Assembly: GCA_963845185.1 (NCBI GenBank)
Contig: CAWJRG010000009.1
Location: forward strand, 864,001-928,000
Length of the DNA stretch: 64,000 bases
Source: an uncultured bacterium
Lineage (GTDB): Bacteria > Oederibacteriota > PGYV01 > CAWJRG01
Reading direction: 5' to 3'
In this document: one piece after another, positions 58,670 to 64,000 of the stretch
How positions within the stretch are numbered: the stretch's first letter is position 1
How the letters are laid out: each line of letters opens with the position of its first letter
Notes under the pieces: generated by a model
Told to the model about the DNA's origin: nothing
Database searches by the model: none
Seen by the model: only the letters and a program-made list of their open reading frames with translations
Position numbers and translations under genes: made by a program

Positions 58670-60985
58670 TTATTCCTTATCCGTTTTTTCTTCTTTTTTG
58701 TCTTCTATTTTTTCTTCTTTAGGTTTAAATTTTAAAAATCCGTCTATATATCTCAACATTGTAATAAGATTTATTCTGAGTTTTTCCGAATCTGATGTTA
58801 AAACAGAATTATATCCGTGGAATTCATTAAGCTGATGTTCCGGTGTAAAGCTTATAATTTTATTTGTAACATGACAGTCTTTTATTAATTGTTCGTGCTC
58901 TTTAATTAAATCGATTCTATTTTCCGTCAATAATATTTGTCTTGAGTTATCAGCGTTTACAATAACTACTGGATTATCCGGTAAAAATTTTTCTCTTATT
59001 TTACTTGCAGTTCCTCCAAACAAATTTCCATTTTCACTTAGTTTTCTAAAAGTTAAATTACTATTCCATTCGGCTAATAATTTTCCAAAAATTGACGGAA
59101 GAGCATTAATTAATTCATTATTTAATTCTATTAAAGCCTCTATATATTTCTCAATGTCCTCTCTGCGATACTTATCCTGATGAGCTTTTAGTCTTAATCC
59201 TTGATATATTTTTATGTATTGAGTATAAGTTGTTTCAACATCATGTCCCCAATTCGTCACTTTCTTTACATGTTTATCTGCTTCGCGCCAGAATTCCGCA
59301 AAGTCTATTTTTTCTATCCTAAAATCCGAAACCAAAGAGTTGCTTATATTGAATACATATTTACAAAATTTTTCAAATTCAGTTATAAATCTATTTTCGA
59401 ATTCTGTTGGAGCATTTAAATTTTCTGGTGGTTCTATGGTTATTTCGCCTATAATTGAATAAGTTTTAATCGGAATATTTATTCCTCTAACCAACACTAA
59501 AGTTTCAGTCTCGTATTTCAACATTTTTAACCTGTGTAAAAATTGATTAAAATCTCGTATTGCAGCTGAAATATTTGAATCATCATTTGGGTCAATAATC
59601 TTTTCTGCAATATTTTTAGACAACAGCATATCCGAATGTTTAAATAACTCACGCTGAATAGATTCGTTTTCTATCCATGCGGAAGGCTTATACAGCATAT
59701 ATTTTTTGAATAATACTGAAATCGCCTTATGTAAATTTGCTTTTGTAGAATCGCTTGCTTCTGATTCTATTATTGCATTATCATTCCTTTCAAAATTCTT
59801 AATTCTATCTTTTATTTTTGTTTTTAAATCAAAAAAATCATTTTTTGCCTCAAAAGCAATAGAACGTTTTATTTTTTCAAGTTCTTTTGTATCAATTTCC
59901 GTTTTTTTCGTTTCTATTATTTCATCAAAATATTCATCTAAATCTTCCCATAAAGGCCGTGATAAAAAATATCGGGAAGTAAAGAATGTATATTCTTTAG
60001 GTCGATATAATTTTGGTTTTTCTTCATCTTCATCTTCTTTTGATCCTTTGGCATTCTTCTCTTCGGAAGTGTGGTAGTCATAAATTTCTTCTCCTCCGAC
60101 AAATATAAATATTGCATCCGATAAGGTAAAGAGGTTTTTAAAAAACTTAAGCACTTCAATAACTTGGTCCGCATCTAGTTTATCCAATTCGTCAATAACA
60201 TATATTAATTTAAGCTTTCTTTGCTTAAATCCTCTATGTATTTGCTCTAAATCGTACTCTAAATTTCCAATACTATTATCAAAAGCATAAAGTTCTTTTG
60301 CCTCGATTTTTGTTTCCTTAATTTCAATCTTTTCTTTACTCCTAATATGTTTTACAGTAACATCAGCAAGAAAAGGTATTGGATATGCAAAAAATAAAGG
60401 TATCAATTTTAGTAAAACGCTATTAGCGTTTAGAGTTAAAACAAAACTTGATAAAGAGAATATCCAACCTATAGAATAAATTACGGTTTGATAATTAAAA
60501 GCTAATTTAAATTCATCAGCAATAATAGTTTGATTTTTCAATTGCTGTTCTTTTTGATATGATTCAAGTATAGAACAATCTCTCGCAACAGCTTTTTTAT
60601 ATAATCTTTCAATGTCATTTTTTAGATCGCCAATATTTCTTTTTGCATTTTGCGATGCAGAATATAATCTACGTATCAAATTTTCAATTATGTTTTTAGG
60701 TTGAATTTTTTTACTAGCTTTTTCGTCCTTTTCGGCTTCCAATTGAGCTGCATTTAATAAAATTACTAGCGTATCGTCTTTAAGTTCACTTAATGATTTA
60801 TAAACCAAAGACGTTTTCCCGACTCCTCGATAACCGCTTATTAAAATTGAGCCTTTTGTTTTCCTTGAAATTTCATTTTTAAATATTGTTAACTCATTGG
60901 CTCTACCTGCAAAATAACCACTTTTTTTATCTTCAGTTGGTGAACTTACATTTGAATCCCAATCCTTTTTTAATGTCAATTTCAT
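58670..60985 (-). CDS. P-loop NTPase with two TM helices between Walker A and B (KAP-like)
   Basis: FAGR..EL, GYRGVGKTS, IYVIDELDKL. Confidence 0.78.
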   Translation of the reverse strand: MKLTLKKDWDSNVSSPTEDKKSGYFAGRANELTIFKNEISRKTKGSILISGYRGVGKTSLVYKSLSELKDDTLVILLNAAQLEAEKDEKASKKIQPKNIIENLIRRLYSASQNAKRNIGDLKNDIERLYKKAVARDCSILESYQKEQQLKNQTIIADEFKLAFNYQTVIYSIGWIFSLSSFVLTLNANSVLLKLIPLFFAYPIPFLADVTVKHIRSKEKIEIKETKIEAKELYAFDNSIGNLEYDLEQIHRGFKQRKLKLIYVIDELDKLDADQVIEVLKFFKNLFTLSDAIFIFVGGEEIYDYHTSEEKNAKGSKEDEDEEKPKLYRPKEYTFFTSRYFLSRPLWEDLDEYFDEIIETKKTEIDTKELEKIKRSIAFEAKNDFFDLKTKIKDRIKNFERNDNAIIESEASDSTKANLHKAISVLFKKYMLYKPSAWIENESIQRELFKHSDMLLSKNIAEKIIDPNDDSNISAAIRDFNQFLHRLKMLKYETETLVLVRGINIPIKTYSIIGEITIEPPENLNAPTEFENRFITEFEKFCKYVFNISNSLVSDFRIEKIDFAEFWREADKHVKKVTNWGHDVETTYTQYIKIYQGLRLKAHQDKYRREDIEKYIEALIELNNELINALPSIFGKLLAEWNSNLTFRKLSENGNLFGGTASKIREKFLPDNPVVIVNADNSRQILLTENRIDLIKEHEQLIKDCHVTNKIISFTPEHQLNEFHGYNSVLTSDSEKLRINLITMLRYIDGFLKFKPKEEKIEDKKEEKTDKE

Positions 60986-61215
60986 TCCACACCTCTTTTT
61001 ATATATTTGGTTTTAATATATTACTCCATAAGTCCATATTTTACTTCACTGATTTTTTCGTCAAATAATTTCGTTGTATCTAAATAAACTTTATCAGTTT
61101 TTTATTAAACCTTTTGTAAATAAAGTTACTTTTTCTAAATCTGTTAAGTCATCATTCGTGTCCATGAAGCTCTCACCATCCATTATAATTAATTTGTTGC
61201 AATTTATCAAAAATA

Positions 61216-62139
61216 CTATTTGTTGCAATTTTTTAAATCTAACAATGTTCCTGCCTCTTCATCCTCATTAATTTTCATTTGTTTTTTTACTTTTTCAAAA
61301 GTTTTATCAATCTTTAAGGCTTGATCAAAACTTTTCTTAGATTTTATAAAATATTCCTCAGAATGATTGAGACAATCGCATTTATCCATATTTGTTTTCT
61401 TAGAATTATAATAATAACAAGAAGCTATTAAATATTGTGCTACTCCAAGATTAAAATATATATATTTCCCCGAGTTAATATTTTTACTAATACTTCCGTT
61501 GAAATTTTCTTCAGCCTTTTTAAGAATAGCTATGTCGCACATATTATCTCTCGAACCAATTAAAATATATGCTCTCCCTAATGAATTTCTTACCCATTTA
61601 TTTTTTGGATGTAAAATTTTTTCAGCTTCCAATAATTTTGTAGCTTCAACACATTTTTCATATAAATCTGAATTTATATTTCCTATGTTTTCCGCTTCAG
61701 TAATATATATATTTGCTAAGGCTTCAGAATATTGAGAATCACGTTCATTTTCCGGAACCTTATTAAGTTCTTGTAAAGCGTCTTCCCATTTTTCAATTTT
61801 CATATCACAATATGCCATCTTTATTCTAACTTTAGTAACAAGATTCGCTTCGTTTGGAGCAGAAAGATATGCAGCATATCTTTTTAATGCTTCTATATAA
61901 TCACCTCTATTCGACTCAATCATCCCCAACATAACATTAGCAAAATTTAATTCACCGTTTAATTCTAATGCTTTTTTCAACTTAATTTCAGCATTAACGA
62001 AGTCGTTATTTTCAAATAATTTCATTCCCTCATAATAATTATCTAAAGCTGCATCTGTATTTTTTGCAAATAAGTTTATACTTACTAATATTAAAAATAT
62101 TACCACCATATATTTGAGATTATTTTTGACCATAATCAT
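61216..62139 (-). CDS. Exported TPR protein
   Basis: Signal peptide and TPR-like repeats; AT-rich. Confidence 0.7.
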   Translation of the reverse strand: MIMVKNNLKYMVVIFLILVSINLFAKNTDAALDNYYEGMKLFENNDFVNAEIKLKKALELNGELNFANVMLGMIESNRGDYIEALKRYAAYLSAPNEANLVTKVRIKMAYCDMKIEKWEDALQELNKVPENERDSQYSEALANIYITEAENIGNINSDLYEKCVEATKLLEAEKILHPKNKWVRNSLGRAYILIGSRDNMCDIAILKKAEENFNGSISKNINSGKYIYFNLGVAQYLIASCYYYNSKKTNMDKCDCLNHSEEYFIKSKKSFDQALKIDKTFEKVKKQMKINEDEEAGTLLDLKNCNK

Positions 62140-62506
62140 TGCCCTTTCCTAAATCATCTTCTACCTTTTTTTGGGTTCTATAATCATCAGAATATTTTTC
62201 AAATGCGAAATTAATTTTTTCGCACCATGACAGATTTTTCCATTCTGGGATTTTCTTGCCATAAATTGATTCCTTATATTCAATGTTTTTCAATATTTCT
62301 CTTATCAAATCATCTTTCACAATAACATTTTTACTTATCGAACTTAAAACTTTTTCTTTAAATGGCTCTGCAACAACATATTTATTAACTTCATCGCGAA
62401 TTAGCAAACTTCCTAAAAACCAAATTAATCCTCCACCACCTAATAAAATAGCAATCCACCACTTCCAATCTAATTTGCCCTTATTCCCTTCAATTCCATT
62501 CGGCAT
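62120..62506 (-). CDS. Hypothetical single-TM protein
   Basis: 128-aa ORF overlapping the next gene's start. Confidence 0.6.
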   Translation of the reverse strand: MPNGIEGNKGKLDWKWWIAILLGGGGLIWFLGSLLIRDEVNKYVVAEPFKEKVLSSISKNVIVKDDLIREILKNIEYKESIYGKKIPEWKNLSWCEKINFAFEKYSDDYRTQKKVEDDLGKGNDYGQK

Positions 62507-62557
62507 ATTTTTCTCCTTATTTATTAAATGTATTATGTTTAGCCTATTTATTTACAA

Positions 62558-64000
62558 CTATCTAATGTTTTGTTTCATTTTATTTTCAACTATCTCAATT
62601 TCCGAATCGCTCAATTCATACATTTCATAAAACCCTCTATCAATCTCGTTTTCTAATTCACTAATGCTCGCATCGGGTTTAACTTTTTTTGAAACAATAA
62701 TATTATCAACAGTTTTTTCAATCTTATCTACTATATTTTGATTTTGGGCTGTTATTGGCGGAACCAGGAGCGGCTCAAGCGCCTGGACGCTGACAATCAA
62801 ATCCCCCGTTCCTGTTTTAGGGGCGCTATCAAATAAGAGCATTTGTCCGAGTTTGCTGTTCATATAAGCGCATAGATATTTCAAATGCTCGCCGGTCATA
62901 ATGCACGTGCTGTCCATGCCATATATTTCTTCAGTGTCGTATCCAAAACGGAGAATAGAACCTATTCTTTTCCATATAACTTTTTCTTTCAAAAAATCTT
63001 TATAATATGCAATGGTATCTTGCGTTTCAAACCACTTATTCGTCGTTTCTTTTCTCGCTTTTGTTCCATCTTTTAATGTTTTCCCAGTTTGTTCAAGTTT
63101 TTCTTTCCCGAAACTCAATAGATAATTTTTTACTGCCGGGTAATCATTAATATTCAATTGAAGAAATGGAAAAGTGGCGATTAAATATAAATTTCCCCAC
63201 TTATATCCATACTTTTCTATATCACGTCCACGTAAAATCGGTTTCAATATTTTTTTACTGTTCTTATCTTCTTTAATAAGTTTATCGTAGATTTCTTGAT
63301 TAATTATAAAAGCTTCATTAAAACCTGTTAAAATACCACGATAAATTTCTATTTTCCATTCTTTAAGAGGTTTTCCCGACTTTTCTATTTTCTCGTTTAA
63401 TTTTTGCTCTGCAACATTACCAACAAACCAAGCTTCTTTTCCTAATCCTCCGAGATTATATGAATTTTTTTTAATATAACCAGAGAAATCAACCTCATTA
63501 ATTCTATTTTTCATATGAATTGCCATTGTTTCGTTTGAATTTTTTTTCTTTTGTATAATAAGTATATTTGTGTCAACAGTGGCGCTTTCGAATATTCCAG
63601 GACCAAGGTCTATTAAATGCAATGGATTAAACTTGCTAAAATATCCCCTCAATGCCTCTCCGTAGGCTGCACGCATCCATTTATTCGAAGTGATAAAACT
63701 AAGTATTCCATTTTCTTTAAGAACCTGAATGCCTTTTTCATAAAATAAACAATATATATCACCATTGCTGTCAAAAACTTCATAGTTCTGTTCTTTGTAG
63801 GCTTTATGAAAAGGCGTATCTTTCATCTTTTGAAGTTGAATATAAGGCGGATTCCCGATTACAATATCAAAGCCGCCTTCATCTGCCATTATCTCCTTAA
63901 ACTCTTCTTTCCAATTGAACGGCTTTAATTCATTAAAATTCTCGCCAAAATATCTCATGAAATCAAATTTATCGCCGGAGATTAGGGAATTTCCGCACTT
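62558..64000 (-). CDS. Type IIG (Eco57I-like) restriction-modification enzyme, C-terminal part (starts outside window)
   Basis: KCGNSLISG at window edge, GFDIVIGNPPY, FITSNKW, TaqI-C-like TRD. Confidence 0.9.
   Translation of the reverse strand, partial: KCGNSLISGDKFDFMRYFGENFNELKPFNWKEEFKEIMADEGGFDIVIGNPPYIQLQKMKDTPFHKAYKEQNYEVFDSNGDIYCLFYEKGIQVLKENGILSFITSNKWMRAAYGEALRGYFSKFNPLHLIDLGPGIFESATVDTNILIIQKKKNSNETMAIHMKNRINEVDFSGYIKKNSYNLGGLGKEAWFVGNVAEQKLNEKIEKSGKPLKEWKIEIYRGILTGFNEAFIINQEIYDKLIKEDKNSKKILKPILRGRDIEKYGYKWGNLYLIATFPFLQLNINDYPAVKNYLLSFGKEKLEQTGKTLKDGTKARKETTNKWFETQDTIAYYKDFLKEKVIWKRIGSILRFGYDTEEIYGMDSTCIMTGEHLKYLCAYMNSKLGQMLLFDSAPKTGTGDLIVSVQALEPLLVPPITAQNQNIVDKIEKTVDNIIVSKKVKPDASISELENEIDRGFYEMYELSDSEIEIVENKMKQNIR

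Overview
A 64-kb bacterial chromosomal segment of roughly 40% GC. Every credible gene (about 50) lies on the minus strand. Housekeeping genes (5' end of aspS, gluconokinase, ychF, hppA, murJ, a lexA-orf-dinB SOS cassette) are mixed with a secreted polysaccharide-degradation set: GH9, two paralogous GH5, a tandem-GH5 mannanase-like protein, GH8, GH44, and a 4xCBM-like + beta-barrel outer-membrane protein. Six proteins end in a T9SS/FlgD-like C-terminal domain, most after a Thr/Pro linker. This suggests a diderm cellulolytic lineage, resembling Ca. Goldbacteria-type organisms (inference only). The right end is an AT-rich, defence-like island: type IIG RM, KAP-like NTPase, TPR protein, next to a membrane-anchored helicase-nuclease. 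The most unusual signal is non-coding. A ~100-bp double-hairpin element occurs as 5 dispersed same-orientation copies plus a 7-unit head-to-tail array (52430-53176). It shows compensatory changes, folds preferentially on the strand antisense to the genes, has inserted into a gene, and belongs to a set of nested palindromic elements. No transposase, integrase or cas gene is present in the window.
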